DNA of 64,000 nucleotides from Legionellales bacterium. GTDB lineage: Bacteria; Pseudomonadota; Gammaproteobacteria; Comchoanobacterales; Comchoanobacteraceae. The stretch lies in assembly GCA_002722995.1 (NCBI GenBank), contig PBNF01000023.1, forward strand, positions 14,495 to 78,494, given 5' to 3'. Made by a program: the position numbers and the translations under genes. Below are positions 1-11,813 of the stretch, piece by piece; position 1 is the stretch's first letter, and every line of letters begins with the position of its first letter. The notes below the pieces were generated by a model. That model ran no database searches. It was given only the letters and a program-made list of their open reading frames with translations, and had not been told where the DNA came from.

Positions 1-2
1 TA

Positions 3-1907
3 ATGTCACGAGGGGGGCGTGCATATATTGGAACTTACTTAGGTAAAGGATTACATTCAGAATTATCTGGTAATGTGATTGATGTGTGTCCAGTGGGGGC
101 TTTAACGGCTAAACCCAGTCGATTTAAAGGCCGTTCTTGGACATTTAAACAGCATGCCCAATTAGCAAGACATGACTGTGTCGGTTCCCATGTGTATTGC
201 CATGTGCAAAGTCATTATACAGATGCAGCGCACACTGTTATGCGAGTATTACCCCGTGCACAAGAAGATCTCAATGAAGTATGGTTATCTGATCGAGATC
301 GTTTTAGTTATGAAGCGCTCCAGCACCAACGATTGACCCAGCCTCAAATTAAAGAAGGAGGGCAATGGAAGGTTGTGCCTTGGAATGTAGCGTTGGATGT
401 GATTACCGATCGATTGTCAGGCATTATTCAAACCGCAGGAGCTGATCAAATCGCAGGATGTATTGCTCCAAGTGCAACGGTTGAAGAAGGGTTCCTGTTT
501 CAAGATTGGCTTAGATCTTTAGGGGTTCGTAATATCGATTGTCGTATGAGAGAAGCTGATGTGTCTCATGATTTAAATGTTGGATTAGGGCCTCGTTTAG
601 CTTGTACTTTGCCTGAAATAGAAACACATGATCGTATCTTACTATTAGAGGCGTTTCCGAGACGGCATCAGCCAATGTTAAATCACCGTATTCGAAAAGC
701 GGCACAATCAGGAGCAGCAGTGCTGTCATGGGGGTCTCGTTTACAAGATGCAAACTACACCATAGCATTTAATGAAACCCTGCCTATTTCAACATGGGCG
801 GAACATATGGCCACCTTAGTTAAAGCCCTGCTTCAGCTCAAAGATGATCAGGTGTATCAAACCTTATCAGCCGCCTTAGAGCCGCTTGAGGTGACACCGA
901 CCATACAAACGCTAGCGACAACATTGCTCGATCATCAAACGCCGCCTATGATCCTCATCGGTGAAACAATGCTGCAGCATCCAGATGCAACTCAAATCAT
1001 TGCTTGGGCTGAGTGTTTAGCTGGGTTGCTCTCAACACAGCTCAGTTGGGTCACTTCAGGGGCTAATACAGCGGGCTTATGGCTATCAGGATGTGTGCCT
1101 CATCGAGCACCAGGGGCGGTGCCATTGCCCAAAGAGGATATAGGTCTAGGCACTCTTGAGAGCTTTAAAGCACAACTTAAAGCGTATATTATTCATGATG
1201 TCATGCCTGATTTAGATGTAATGGGCTCACGTCAAGCCCTTGAAGCTTTGAATCAATCTGCTTTTAACGTATATGTTTCACCTTTTGAGTCATCTGCTGC
1301 TCGAGATTGGGCTGATGTGATCTTGCCTTGTGCAGCAGGGTATGAAACTTCCGGCACACTTGTTAATGCAACAGGAACCTGGCAAACAGTAGCCAGTGCG
1401 CTGGCTGCTCCAGGTGAAGCAAAGCCTGCTTGGAAAATTTATGCTGCGTTAGCGGCCTGGCATCACACTGAGACCCAGCTTAAATTTGATGAGGTCACTG
1501 CAGTTGCGCAAGCAGTTGAACATGCTGTTCAGTCGGCTAAAGCGCAAAACAAGCATGATCAGGCTGTATTAGTGCCCGAAGCCATTCAAGTGACCCCGCC
1601 AACCCTCTGGGGTGTCGCTTATTGGCATGATTTACGTGAAGATACTTTGGTTAGGGCTGCACCTGCCTTACAGTTACAAGCTGGAGAAGATGTTGCATAT
1701 GCGCGTTGCAACACCTTGACAGCGACAACCTTTGCGTTGAATGAAACTACTTACGTGCAAGTTAAACAAGGTGAAGGTCAAGCTCGATTTAAGCTCAAAA
1801 TAGATGAGAGTATTGCTAACCATACGGTTCAAATTCCCATGACAGAACCTGTTTCAGCATCACTGGGATTATGTACGGGTCCAATTGAAGTGGAGGCTTG
1901 CGCATGA
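3..1907 (+). CDS. nuoG: NADH-quinone oxidoreductase subunit G, C-terminal ~630 aa (5' end lies upstream of the window)
   Basis: ORF is open from the window edge. It has a [16 protein letters not shown]e-S segment followed by a long molybdopterin-oxidoreductase-like region. It overlaps nuoH by 10 nt and precedes the canonical nuoH-N order. Confidence 0.9.
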   Translation: MSRGGRAYIGTYLGKGLHSELSGNVIDVCPVGALTAKPSRFKGRSWTFKQHAQLARHDCVGSHVYCHVQSHYTDAAHTVMRVLPRAQEDLNEVWLSDRDRFSYEALQHQRLTQPQIKEGGQWKVVPWNVALDVITDRLSGIIQTAGADQIAGCIAPSATVEEGFLFQDWLRSLGVRNIDCRMREADVSHDLNVGLGPRLACTLPEIETHDRILLLEAFPRRHQPMLNHRIRKAAQSGAAVLSWGSRLQDANYTIAFNETLPISTWAEHMATLVKALLQLKDDQVYQTLSAALEPLEVTPTIQTLATTLLDHQTPPMILIGETMLQHPDATQIIAWAECLAGLLSTQLSWVTSGANTAGLWLSGCVPHRAPGAVPLPKEDIGLGTLESFKAQLKAYIIHDVMPDLDVMGSRQALEALNQSAFNVYVSPFESSAARDWADVILPCAAGYETSGTLVNATGTWQTVASALAAPGEAKPAWKIYAALAAWHHTETQLKFDEVTAVAQAVEHAVQSAKAQNKHDQAVLVPEAIQVTPPTLWGVAYWHDLREDTLVRAAPALQLQAGEDVAYARCNTLTATTFALNETTYVQVKQGEGQARFKLKIDESIANHTVQIPMTEPVSASLGLCTGPIEVEACA

Positions 1908-2929
1908 ATGAATTCATTACATCAATATGGCCTTTGATTTGGATGGTAATCAAAATTGTATGTATTGTTGGGCCTTTGCTTCTGGCTGTAGCGTACTTAA
2001 CCTTTGCTGAACGTAAAGTCATTGGTTATATTCAACGTCGTTTGGGGCCAAATCGCGTTGGATTAGGAGGTCTACTACAACCGATTGCGGATGGAATGAA
2101 ACTACTATTTAAAGAATGGATGATCCCTCATTGCTCCTCTAAATCTCTCTTCATTCTGGCTCCGGTATTATCACTTGTGCCGGCTTTAGTCATGTGGGCA
2201 GTTGTGCCTTTTACTGAGACATGGGTGTTATCTGAGATTGATGCAGGGGTGCTTTTTATTCTCAGTATGGCTTCATTAGGGGTATATGGTATTTTATTAG
2301 CCGGGTGGGCTTCAAACTCTAAATATGCATTTTTCGGTGCAATGCGAGCGTGCGCACAAATGATTTCTTATGAGATTGCCATGGGATTTGCTTTGATTGG
2401 GGTGTTGATGGTATCGGGATCATTAAACCTTAAAACGATTGTGATGCATCAAGCAGGGGGGGTAACTCATTGGTTTATATGGCCTTTGTTTCCTATGTTT
2501 GTAGTGTATTGGATCTCTGCTGTTGCTGAAACCAACCGTGCTCCCTTTGATGTGGCTGAGGGAGAAAGTGAGATTGTGGCTGGATTTCATGTTGAATATT
2601 CAGGGATGGGGTTTGCGCTATTTTTTCTAGCTGAATATGCAAATATGATCATTATTTCAGCACTGGCCACTATCATGTTTTTAGGCGGTTGGCGATCACC
2701 TTTTGAAGGGATTTCAGGGTTGCCAGCCTTGGCTTTACCCGGGTTTGTTTGGTTTATATTAAAAACCAGCTTGTTTTTATTTATTTATTTATGGTTTAGA
2801 GCCACTTTACCACGTTATCGTTATGATCAAATCATGCGGTTAGGCTGGAAAATCTTAATTCCCATTGCAATTGCTTGGATTGTTGTGGTGGGGCTAATGA
2901 TTCAATTGAATTGGATAGAGGTGTTATAA
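1898..2929 (+). CDS. nuoH: NADH-quinone oxidoreductase subunit H
   Basis: Hallmark motifs [19 protein letters not shown] and [19 protein letters not shown]. Polytopic. Position between nuoG and nuoI. Confidence 0.95.
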   Translation: MRMNEFITSIWPLIWMVIKIVCIVGPLLLAVAYLTFAERKVIGYIQRRLGPNRVGLGGLLQPIADGMKLLFKEWMIPHCSSKSLFILAPVLSLVPALVMWAVVPFTETWVLSEIDAGVLFILSMASLGVYGILLAGWASNSKYAFFGAMRACAQMISYEIAMGFALIGVLMVSGSLNLKTIVMHQAGGVTHWFIWPLFPMFVVYWISAVAETNRAPFDVAEGESEIVAGFHVEYSGMGFALFFLAEYANMIIISALATIMFLGGWRSPFEGISGLPALALPGFVWFILKTSLFLFIYLWFRATLPRYRYDQIMRLGWKILIPIAIAWIVVVGLMIQLNWIEVL

Positions 2930-3441
2930 TGCCTTCGAAGGATCAAACATTAGAGCAAAAACTTAAGCAATGGTTTATGTGCTGGACATTAGCCGAACTC
3001 AGATCAGGGTTAAATTTAACATTGATGCAATTGGTTGCACCTAGCATTACGTTGAAATTTCCAAAGGAACAAACACCACGTTCTAGACGTTATCGTGGCG
3101 CATTGGCATTGCGACGGTACCCCAATGGTGAAGAGCGTTGTATTGCCTGTAAGCTCTGTGAAGCAGTATGTCCGGCTTTAGCGATCACCATTGAAGCTGC
3201 GCCGACACCTTCAGGTCAAAGACAAACCACACGTTTTGATATTGATGCCTTCAAATGTGTCCACTGTGGTTTATGTGAAGAAGCATGCCCTGTCGATTCA
3301 ATCGTATTGACACGAGAAATTCATTATCACTTTGAACGTCGAGGCGATAATATTTTGACAAAAGATGTTTTGTTAGCCACAGGGGATCGCTATGAAGCCC
3401 AATTGGCACAAGATCGTAAAGATGAAGAAGATTATCGATAG
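2929..3441 (+). CDS. nuoI: NADH-quinone oxidoreductase subunit I (2x[4Fe-4S] ferredoxin type)
   Basis: Two CxxCxxCxxxCP motifs ([24 protein letters not shown]). I chose ATG 2929, which forms a TAATG overlap with the nuoH stop, rather than the ORF-track start at 2875. Confidence 0.92.
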   Translation: MPSKDQTLEQKLKQWFMCWTLAELRSGLNLTLMQLVAPSITLKFPKEQTPRSRRYRGALALRRYPNGEERCIACKLCEAVCPALAITIEAAPTPSGQRQTTRFDIDAFKCVHCGLCEEACPVDSIVLTREIHYHFERRGDNILTKDVLLATGDRYEAQLAQDRKDEEDYR

Positions 3442-3443
3442 GA

Positions 3444-4037
3444 GTGACTATGATTGAATGGGCGCAAGGTGTATTTGCATTTTTTTCAGGTGGTTTGATT
3501 CTATCAGCATTGGCTGTTGTGATCACACGCCGTCCAGTACTGAGTGTATTGGCCTTGGTAGGGGCATTCTTTTGTGCAGCTGCACTTTGGATCATGCAAG
3601 GTGCTGAATTTTTAGGTTTAGCTTTGATTTTTGTGTATGTAGGTGCTGTTATGACATTATTTTTATTTATTGTCATGATGCTCAATCAAGAATCATTAAA
3701 AGCCGAACGATTAAGGCGCTACGCTGTGCCTTTTGCATTTATCTGTGGCGCTTTTTTACTTTTCTTGCTCTGGTATCACGCATGGCCTCATGTCGTAGGT
3801 CATACCATTTCAAAGGTGGCTCACTCTAACACACAGGCCCTTGGTCATCTATTATATACGCAGTATATTTTTGAGTTTGAATTAGCAGCTTTTATTTTAC
3901 TGGTTGGAATGATTGCGGCGATTGCCTTAACATTTAGAGGGCAGCGTGCGGGCAATAAAGCGGTCAGTGTTGAGTCACAGTTAAAAGTGACTTCAAAAGA
4001 TCGTTTGAGATGGGCTACATTTAAGGAATCTTCATGA
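3444..4037 (+). CDS. nuoJ: NADH-quinone oxidoreductase subunit J
   Basis: Hydrophobic ~195-aa protein in the nuoJ position, with a LGLALIFVYVGAVMTLFLFIVMM segment. Start is GTG 3444 or ATG 3450. Confidence 0.88.
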   Translation: MTMIEWAQGVFAFFSGGLILSALAVVITRRPVLSVLALVGAFFCAAALWIMQGAEFLGLALIFVYVGAVMTLFLFIVMMLNQESLKAERLRRYAVPFAFICGAFLLFLLWYHAWPHVVGHTISKVAHSNTQALGHLLYTQYIFEFELAAFILLVGMIAAIALTFRGQRAGNKAVSVESQLKVTSKDRLRWATFKESS

Positions 4038-4342
4038 ATGTTTTTTTAACCCCAATGCTAATAATCTCCAGCATTGTCTTTGTTATTGGTTTAGTCGGAT
4101 TGGTGATTAACCGTAAAAATTTAATTGTATTATTGATGTGTATTGAATTGATGCTATTAGCGGCCAATAGTAATTTTGTAGCCTACGCACGTGCTTATGA
4201 TCATTTGTCAGGGGAAATCATGGTCTTTTTTGTATTAGCCATTGCAGCGGCAGAATCTGCAATTGGTTTATCTATTTTAGTGGCTTTATTCCGGCATTAT
4301 CAAACCATTGATGCACGGTGTATGAATGAGTTAAAAGGATAG
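4034..4342 (+). CDS. nuoK: NADH-quinone oxidoreductase subunit K
   Basis: 102 aa with 3 TM segments. Motifs ELMLLAANSNFVA and AAAESAIGLSILVALFR. ATGA overlap with nuoJ. Confidence 0.92.
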   Translation: MNVFLTPMLIISSIVFVIGLVGLVINRKNLIVLLMCIELMLLAANSNFVAYARAYDHLSGEIMVFFVLAIAAAESAIGLSILVALFRHYQTIDARCMNELKG

Positions 4343-4346
4343 TATC

Positions 4347-6317
4347 ATGACTGACCAAACATTAATCATGCTGGCCATGCTTGCAATGTTATCACCTTTA
4401 TTTGCCGGCACATTCGCGGGGATAGGGCAAACCTATTTAGGTCGAGTTGGAGCGCATCGCTTAACGATTTTAGGCGTCACCTTCTCTTTCTTAATCGCAT
4501 GTTGTTTAGCCAGTCACTTTATTGTATCGAACCATGCAACCCTCGATGTCACCTTGTATCATTGGGTGACCATCGGGGCTTTGAAGTTTCAAATTGGGAT
4601 ATGGTTAGATGCACTGACAGTCATCATGATGTTAGTCGTGACAGGTGTTTCATTATTAGTTCATATTTATTCAATGGGCTATATGGCAGAAGATGAAGGC
4701 TATGCTCGATTTTTCAGTTACATGTCATTGTTTACTTTTGCCATGTTAACCTTGGTGTTGGCGAATAATGGGTTGCAATTATTTTTTGGATGGGAAGGGG
4801 TGGGTGTTGTATCGTACCTATTGATTAGCTTTTGGTATCATAAGCCCAGCGCGGCTAAAGGCGGCTTTAAAGCTTTTGTGGTTAATCGTGTTGGAGATTT
4901 TGGATTTCTGTTGGGGCTAGGGGCCTGTTTAGGGTTGTGTGGTAGTTTGGATTACGCAACTTGGTTTAAAGTGGCTTCAATGCCTATACAATCCACTGTG
5001 ACATTACCTTTTTTCGGTCATATCTCATCAATTCATATGATTTGCTTATTATTATTTGTCGGAGCTATGGGGAAATCAGCACAAGTCCCGTTACATGTCT
5101 GGTTGCCTGAATCAATGGAGGGCCCAACACCCATTTCAGCACTCATTCATGCTGCGACCATGGTGACGGCTGGTGTGTATATGGTCAGCCGATTGTCACC
5201 CTTATTTGAATGCTCGAGTGTGGCTTTGAGTGTCATGATGGTCATTGGTGCAACAGGCGCTTTATTTTTAGGTCTGGTCGGTATTGTACAGCACGATATT
5301 AAACGTGTGGTGGCGTATTCAACGTTATCTCAGTTAGGTTATATGGTGGCTGCAACAGGCGCTTCAGCCTATAGTGCTGCAATCTTTCATTTAGTGACAC
5401 ATGCTTGTTTTAAGGCCTTGCTATTTTTAGCAGCTGGATCTGTCATTATGGCCATGCACCATGAACAGGATATGAGAAATATGGGGGGGTTAAAACGTTA
5501 TTTGCCCGTTACTTATATGACCTTCTTAATCGGTAGTATTTCATTGGCAGCGTTCCCCCCGTTCGCAGGATTCTTTTCAAAAGATAGTATTATTGAAGCA
5601 GTTCAGTATTCAAAATTACCTGGATCTGGATACGCCAGTATATGTTTAACATTAGGGGCTTTTGTGACAGCATTGTATAGCTTTAGAGCTTTATTTCTCA
5701 CATTCCATGGACGTGCCCCTGTCATGAAATCTGCACCTCATGAACCTGTTTATGCGGTACTGATCCCATTGTTGGTGCTTAGCATTCCTTCTGTGATCAT
5801 TGGTTGGACATTGGTTGATACTTTCTTTTCAACACCAGGCTATTTAAGTCTGGGATTATCTCAAAGTGTACGTGCAATGGGGGTTTTAAATCACTTGCAT
5901 TCAGAGACACACTCCGTGTGGTCTATGATAGGACATGCCTTAACACATTGGCCATTTATCTTGTCTACATTGGGCGCATTGTTTGCATGGTATGCTTATA
6001 GTTATGCTCCACATATTCCAGCTTATTGCGCTCGAAAAGGTTATGCTTTTTATCAAATTTTGGTGGATCAATATGGTATTGACCGTTTTTATCAATGGTT
6101 ATTCGTTGATCGTGTTCAGGCCTTGAGTCAGTACTTATCAGAAACAGTAGATCGCAGCTGGATTGATCGGCGTATGGTGTTAGGTGTAGCGAATACTGTT
6201 AGAAAATTAGGTGCATTGTTTCGACTGACACAAACTGGGTTTGTATTTCATTATACCGCTTACATGGGAATCGGTATTGTGATTTGCGTGGCGTATGCTG
6301 TGTTATCAATTGCTTAA
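4347..6317 (+). CDS. nuoL: NADH-quinone oxidoreductase subunit L
   Basis: Motifs WEGVGVVSYLLISFW and GKSAQVPLHVWLPESMEGPTPISALIHAATMV. 656-aa antiporter-like subunit. Confidence 0.94.
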   Translation: MTDQTLIMLAMLAMLSPLFAGTFAGIGQTYLGRVGAHRLTILGVTFSFLIACCLASHFIVSNHATLDVTLYHWVTIGALKFQIGIWLDALTVIMMLVVTGVSLLVHIYSMGYMAEDEGYARFFSYMSLFTFAMLTLVLANNGLQLFFGWEGVGVVSYLLISFWYHKPSAAKGGFKAFVVNRVGDFGFLLGLGACLGLCGSLDYATWFKVASMPIQSTVTLPFFGHISSIHMICLLLFVGAMGKSAQVPLHVWLPESMEGPTPISALIHAATMVTAGVYMVSRLSPLFECSSVALSVMMVIGATGALFLGLVGIVQHDIKRVVAYSTLSQLGYMVAATGASAYSAAIFHLVTHACFKALLFLAAGSVIMAMHHEQDMRNMGGLKRYLPVTYMTFLIGSISLAAFPPFAGFFSKDSIIEAVQYSKLPGSGYASICLTLGAFVTALYSFRALFLTFHGRAPVMKSAPHEPVYAVLIPLLVLSIPSVIIGWTLVDTFFSTPGYLSLGLSQSVRAMGVLNHLHSETHSVWSMIGHALTHWPFILSTLGALFAWYAYSYAPHIPAYCARKGYAFYQILVDQYGIDRFYQWLFVDRVQALSQYLSETVDRSWIDRRMVLGVANTVRKLGALFRLTQTGFVFHYTAYMGIGIVICVAYAVLSIA

Positions 6318-6336
6318 ACGAAAGAGAGGTTGACTG

Positions 6337-7839
6337 ATGATCCCATATTTAAGTCTATTGACTGGATTGCCCATATTGGGAGCCGTATTGGCACTTGGAT
6401 GTCAAGATCGAGAGGCGTGGGCATTACGCATTGCGGCTGGGGTTACATTGATCAGTCTTGTACTCTGTATCCCAATGGTTCAGGGATTTGATTTTTCATC
6501 GAGTGCATTTCAGTTCAAGGAGCTGCATGAATGGATTCCTGCTTGGAACGCCAAGTATGCAATGGGAGTGGATGGTATCACTCTGCCTTTAATTGTATTG
6601 ACGGTCGTGACGCATGCTGTCATTATTCTGACTGCCCGCACTCTAGTGAAGGCTCAATTTTCTAAATATTTAGCAGTTTTTTTAGCATTGCAGGGTGTGA
6701 CCATTGGAGTGTTTTCAGCCTTAGATACGCTCTTGTTTTATTGTTTTTGGGAAGGCATGCTCATTCCAATGTACCTATGTATTGGTATTTGGGGAGGAGA
6801 ATCTAGAACACAAGCCAGTATTAAGTTCTTTTTATATACATTCATTGGGTCAGCTTTTCTATTATTATCGTTGGTGTATATCGGACTCCAAGCGGGTGGT
6901 TTTTCATGGGCCGCTGCCGTTAAACAGCCATTATCATTAATGGCTCAGAAATGGTTATTTTTGGGATGTTTATTTGCTTTTGCTGTAAAGGTTCCTATGT
7001 GGCCTGTACACACTTGGTTGCCTGATGCACACACTGAAGCCCCTGCAGCAGGATCCGTTATTTTAGCTGCATTGATGCTGAAAGTTGGAGCGTATGGTTT
7101 TTTTAGATTTTGTTTGCCTATTTTGCCAGATGCCAGCCGTTTTTTTGCCACTCCGATGTTGGTACTATCGCTGATTGCCATTGTGTATATTGGGTTGGTT
7201 GCCTTATCTCAAAAAGATATGAAACGATTGATCGCTTACTCATCAGTGGCGCATATGGGGTTTGTAACCTTGGGGTGTTTTGGGGTCTATTTAATCACAT
7301 TTAATAGTGGTGAAATGTTTGCACAAATGGCGATGGAGGGGGCCTTAATGCAAATGGTTGCACATGCGTTTGGTTCAGGCGCTATGTTCTTGGCATTTGG
7401 TCTATTATATATGCAATATCATACTCGATTGATCGAGCGGTTTGGGGGGTTGGCGAAAGTCATGCCTGTTTTTTCAGCCTGTTTTATGGTGTTTGCTTTA
7501 ACCAATGTAGGGTTGCCTGGCACTGCTGGGTTTGTGGGGGAATTCATGGTGATCTTGGGTTTATTTCAAGGTCATGCCGGTGTAGCGGCATTGGCTGCTT
7601 TAACCTTGATCATCAGTGCGGCGTATACTTTGTGGATGTTTAGACGTGTTTTTTACGGACCCATTCAGCATACAGCTGTAACGGCTTTACAAGATGTCAA
7701 TGGCCTTTCACTTGGTGTGTTAATTTTTTTAGTGCTCATGATTTTTGCTTTGGGGCTGTTTCCAGAAATGGTATTAGGGCCTGCACATGCTTCCAGTGCT
7801 CAATTGGTACAGATGGCCTTAAAGAGTAAGCTTATTTAA
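6337..7839 (+). CDS. nuoM: NADH-quinone oxidoreductase subunit M
   Basis: Motif KVPMWPVHTWLPDAHTEAPAAGSVILAALMLK. 500 aa. Operon position. Confidence 0.94.
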   Translation: MIPYLSLLTGLPILGAVLALGCQDREAWALRIAAGVTLISLVLCIPMVQGFDFSSSAFQFKELHEWIPAWNAKYAMGVDGITLPLIVLTVVTHAVIILTARTLVKAQFSKYLAVFLALQGVTIGVFSALDTLLFYCFWEGMLIPMYLCIGIWGGESRTQASIKFFLYTFIGSAFLLLSLVYIGLQAGGFSWAAAVKQPLSLMAQKWLFLGCLFAFAVKVPMWPVHTWLPDAHTEAPAAGSVILAALMLKVGAYGFFRFCLPILPDASRFFATPMLVLSLIAIVYIGLVALSQKDMKRLIAYSSVAHMGFVTLGCFGVYLITFNSGEMFAQMAMEGALMQMVAHAFGSGAMFLAFGLLYMQYHTRLIERFGGLAKVMPVFSACFMVFALTNVGLPGTAGFVGEFMVILGLFQGHAGVAALAALTLIISAAYTLWMFRRVFYGPIQHTAVTALQDVNGLSLGVLIFLVLMIFALGLFPEMVLGPAHASSAQLVQMALKSKLI

Positions 7840-7857
7840 TGATAAAGTATAGGAGTT

Positions 7858-9315
7858 ATGATGTTCGCTGATTGGATTGATCTCACAATTGTACCAGAAA
7901 TTTCACTGGCATTAGGACTGGTGAGTGTTGTCTTATTTGGAGCATTTTCAGCTTCAATCTCAAGGGCTTATTTTATGGCAATCATTGTTGTGTTGACTCT
8001 GCTAGGATTACTTGCGTGGGTGCCTACACATACCACAACAGTCATGCAATCACATTGGGTCTTTGATCAGTTAGCCTATGTTTTAAAAACAGCAGCTGCT
8101 TTGAGTGTTGTGTGTGTTTTAATCTACAGCCAGCGATCTATGGAATCAGATCAGTACCTACAGGGCGAATATTTGATTTTAATGTTAGCCGCTTTGTTAG
8201 GGAGCTGTGTCGTGATGTCTTCCATGCATGTGCTCACTTTATTTGTAGGGTTTGAGCTCATGTCTTTACCTTTGTATGCTTTAGTCGCAATTCGCTCTAA
8301 GGCCAAAGATGAGCAAGCGACAAAAGCAACAGAAGCCGCTACTAAATACTTCATTACAGGCGCATTGGCATCAGCGTGTTTCTTGTACGGGTTGTCCTTA
8401 ATATTTGGAGCAACAGGGCATATGCAATTGATGGATATTACACATGCATTGGCACAGCTTCCAGCTGCCCAGTATCATGGCGCTATTTTAGGTTTGGTGT
8501 TAGTGATTGTAGCATTGGCCTTTAAATTAGGTTTAGCACCTTTTCATATCTGGGTTCCTGATGTATATGAGGGGGCACCTTTATCCGTTACATTATTAAT
8601 TGCGACCTTACCTAAGCTGGCACTGGTCGCGTTATGTATTCGATTATTTGGAACGGTACTGACCCCATTATCAAGTGTTTGGCAGCCTATTTTAATTGGG
8701 CTAGGTGTTGCTTCAATGATATTGGGTAATGGTATTGCGCTGTGTCAAACACATGTTCGTCGATTATTGGGGTATTCTGCTATTGGTCATATGGGAATTT
8801 TAATTTTAGCATTTGTTTTAGCTCAACAGCATGGATTATCGATTGCATTGTTTTATAGCTTAACGTATGCGTTAACAACGGCGTTAGTCTTTGGAGGTTT
8901 ACTTCAATTAAGGGTGCATGGAGCCCATTGTGAACATATTGAATCACTGTCTGGGTTGAATGAACGCTACCCTGGATCTGCTGTCCTTTTGTTAATTGGT
9001 ATTTTTTCTTTAGCAGGAGTCCCTCCCATTGTTGGTTTTATGGCTAAATTCTCTTTGATTCAAGGATTGCTTCAAGCGCATCATACAACTTTGGCATTGA
9101 CTGTGGTATTGATGGCTTGTGTGGGCTGTTTCTACTACATTCGATTGATTAAAGTTATGTACTTTGATGCCCCTCAAGAAGAGCAATTGATTCACTGGAG
9201 TGGACGATCAGGTGATTGGGCTTTACGTATCCATGGAGTGGTTGTATTGGTATTAGGTTTAATGCCTGCTGTATTGATGAGCTGGAGTCAAACAGCCATT
9301 CAGCACGCAATATAA
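7858..9315 (+). CDS. nuoN: NADH-quinone oxidoreductase subunit N
   Basis: Motif FKLGLAPFHIWVPDVYEGAPLSVT. 485 aa. Last gene of the nuo operon. Confidence 0.93.
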   Translation: MMFADWIDLTIVPEISLALGLVSVVLFGAFSASISRAYFMAIIVVLTLLGLLAWVPTHTTTVMQSHWVFDQLAYVLKTAAALSVVCVLIYSQRSMESDQYLQGEYLILMLAALLGSCVVMSSMHVLTLFVGFELMSLPLYALVAIRSKAKDEQATKATEAATKYFITGALASACFLYGLSLIFGATGHMQLMDITHALAQLPAAQYHGAILGLVLVIVALAFKLGLAPFHIWVPDVYEGAPLSVTLLIATLPKLALVALCIRLFGTVLTPLSSVWQPILIGLGVASMILGNGIALCQTHVRRLLGYSAIGHMGILILAFVLAQQHGLSIALFYSLTYALTTALVFGGLLQLRVHGAHCEHIESLSGLNERYPGSAVLLLIGIFSLAGVPPIVGFMAKFSLIQGLLQAHHTTLALTVVLMACVGCFYYIRLIKVMYFDAPQEEQLIHWSGRSGDWALRIHGVVVLVLGLMPAVLMSWSQTAIQHAI

Positions 9316-9770
9316 TGAAATCAATGCAATTGTTCTGTATGACACCAGATTAAAAATGCCCTGTTTTGAGTGAATGGTTTGATTATATTTAGAAACATCT
9401 AAGAAGGCATGATGTGTTGCGACGTGGATGTTTCTAATCCGAATATATCGGGCAGTTCCACTAGGCACCTGTGTTGAAATTAAAAACACGGATTCATTTA
9501 ATAAGATAGAGTGTGTCATTAAAGTTGAAGTACAACAATAAATTGAGACGCTTAAATGAGGCCACTTTATTTAACAAGAAACTCGACTCTACGATTTTAA
9601 AAATAATTTCACCCAAAACCGATGCACTTTAAAGAAGGTTTTTAGATTATTGTTATTTTTCTGATTCAGATCCATAACCCCTGTTCGGATTAAGGGCGAT
9701 GAAACCAAGGAGGTATCACAGATGATTTATCATCCTTATTCAGCGCCTATAGTTATCCTGAGACTGCTGA

Positions 9771-11813
9771 TCAGCCGCTATCCTGAGGGTTGTGAGTAGC
9801 CTGAGTAGTGTCAGCTTCTAAGTTATTTTGAGTTGACTGAGGAGGAGTAACAACAGCAGACTCTAAAATGTTGTCAGCTTGGTGAGCTGAATCAAATGGT
9901 CTACCTTGATGATCCCATGACATTTGTTCAAAAAGCATTCCAAATCCTTCATAAAATAACATAGACAGTAAGTAGAATATAATAGGAACTGCAGCGAATC
10001 CTACCCAAGTGGCTGCTGTCATGCCAATTTTTGCAGCAATGATTCCCATGGGGTTACTCATGGCATCATTGAGCATGATGGTTGTGGCGGCAGCACATAA
10101 AAGCGTAAACAAAAAGCGAAGGGTTTGAGCGGGTCTTTCAGGTGTTTGATCTAATTTAGAAGTGTTTTTGAACAATTTGATAGGAGTTCTAAAAATAGGG
10201 TATAACACTGATTCAAATAAAAAATCGTTCAAAAATTGAACAATTAAAGACTGTTTATGATTTTTAGGTGTGAGTTGAGCTAATGAAAACTTTAGAAAGA
10301 AAGCGGTTGAAGCAAAGACAGTTAGAAAAAAAGCACAATAACCTAAAATACTAGATAAAAGAGATGTTGCAGGAACCCATGAAGTGGGCAATACTTGATA
10401 TAGTGCCAATTTTTCAACTAAGAAGGCCGCTGCCTGGTAATTGAATGTGGCCAGCGCAATACCTGTTGCAATTGAAAAAAGTACCGTGAGTTTTTGAGCA
10501 ATCCAACGATCCAAGGTGATCTCTGCCGCTGGATCCGCAACACTCCAAAAACTACGAATGCCGAGCTTAATATTGCCCTCTAAGGCTTTAGCTGTTAATG
10601 CGGCTGCTGCAAAAAAACCAACCGAAAAAGCCCAGCAGAGTAAAACAATTTTAAGGCCTAAAGGTAGCGTGGTTAAATGCAATAGGGGAAATGTAGTTGC
10701 AATACCAATCAATCCAAATACATTGCCTGTTGAGTTTGCAATGAGGGCATTCAAGAATCCAACACATTTTGCAAAGGATACACCCAGCTTAACCCACCAT
10801 CTTTGATCGGAATCAGATTGTTCGTTGTACTTTGTGATGTGTTTTTCTAGATGTTGTGTTAGACCTGTTGAAGACGCTGTTATCTCTATTTTGTGCCCTA
10901 CAAATAGGCTCTGAATCAATTGAGGCATTGCCTCTTGCTGTTCTTGAGTCAGACCCTCCAAGTCATAATGCTTGAGTCTATCTTCGATATGCGCCTCAAA
11001 TTCAGCATTCTTACAGAGGCTGTCGTGGAAGCTGTCGGGAGTCTTTTTAAAGTTTAGTGCAATTTCCTTTGCAACCCACAGACAAGTATTAATTTGCCTA
11101 TCAGTCCCTTGGATATTAGTCTCTTGAATATGAGTCGCATCTTTTTCTATCCGTATTGCTGCCCATAAAATTTGCTCACGACCACTATCATCAGTGCTAG
11201 TTTTGTCTAATAAATGCTGAAGTTTTCGGTGAGTGCGTTCTAATTGAGCATGTTCTTTAGAGAGGAATTGATCTTCCCACCAACGCAACATACCTTTCTC
11301 ACCACGAGTATACAGCTGATACCAAGCCAATGAAGCCAGTACAAATAAAACCAAAGTGACGGATATTCCAAGCCCTGGAGCGACTGAGAATCCAAGCTTT
11401 TCATCTAAAAATATTGAAACAGGGTGAACAAACGCACCTGCCGTGAAAGCTGAAACTGATGCGCCAGAGAGCTGCATCACCACAAGGCCAATTGTTTTAA
11501 GGTATTGATTTGCTGTCTCTGGTTTGAGTTGAGAGTAATATCTCAAAAAGAACGTTAAGCAAACACTTAATCCAATGAATGTTAAAGGCATCCAAATAGG
11601 TTGTATGCTTAAAGGCACTGTTAAGAGATGAGGCGTTAAGAGGATGAGACCTATACCTGCAGTGATGACAATTAAGCTGGCTAACAACCCTTTAAAAATT
11701 TGACTGATGCTAGAGGAAGATTTCGATTTAACTAAAGTATCCCGCGCTTTTTGAATACTGAAGGCTTGATCGCTTGCCTTGTAGGGCGCGAACGATTCTG
11801 TTTCTGTTTTCAC
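9771..11813 (-). CDS. Hypothetical large polytopic membrane protein, paralog A (N-terminal TM bundle, ~190-aa soluble insert, C-terminal TM bundle, polar tail)
   Basis: 680-aa ORF with a GTG start preceded by GGAG (7-nt spacer). Many hydrophobic helices. Clear paralogy to 12515..14395. I recognise no conserved domain. Confidence 0.75.
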   Translation of the reverse strand: MKTETESFAPYKASDQAFSIQKARDTLVKSKSSSSISQIFKGLLASLIVITAGIGLILLTPHLLTVPLSIQPIWMPLTFIGLSVCLTFFLRYYSQLKPETANQYLKTIGLVVMQLSGASVSAFTAGAFVHPVSIFLDEKLGFSVAPGLGISVTLVLFVLASLAWYQLYTRGEKGMLRWWEDQFLSKEHAQLERTHRKLQHLLDKTSTDDSGREQILWAAIRIEKDATHIQETNIQGTDRQINTCLWVAKEIALNFKKTPDSFHDSLCKNAEFEAHIEDRLKHYDLEGLTQEQQEAMPQLIQSLFVGHKIEITASSTGLTQHLEKHITKYNEQSDSDQRWWVKLGVSFAKCVGFLNALIANSTGNVFGLIGIATTFPLLHLTTLPLGLKIVLLCWAFSVGFFAAAALTAKALEGNIKLGIRSFWSVADPAAEITLDRWIAQKLTVLFSIATGIALATFNYQAAAFLVEKLALYQVLPTSWVPATSLLSSILGYCAFFLTVFASTAFFLKFSLAQLTPKNHKQSLIVQFLNDFLFESVLYPIFRTPIKLFKNTSKLDQTPERPAQTLRFLFTLLCAAATTIMLNDAMSNPMGIIAAKIGMTAATWVGFAAVPIIFYLLSMLFYEGFGMLFEQMSWDHQGRPFDSAHQADNILESAVVTPPQSTQNNLEADTTQATHNPQDSG

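Noticed and set aside
9390-9436. 10-bp inverted repeat (tagaaacatc ... gatgtttcta) after nuoN, considered as a nuo operon terminator.
   Set aside because: The loop is 27 nt, the stem is AT-rich and no U-tract follows, so this is not a convincing intrinsic terminator.
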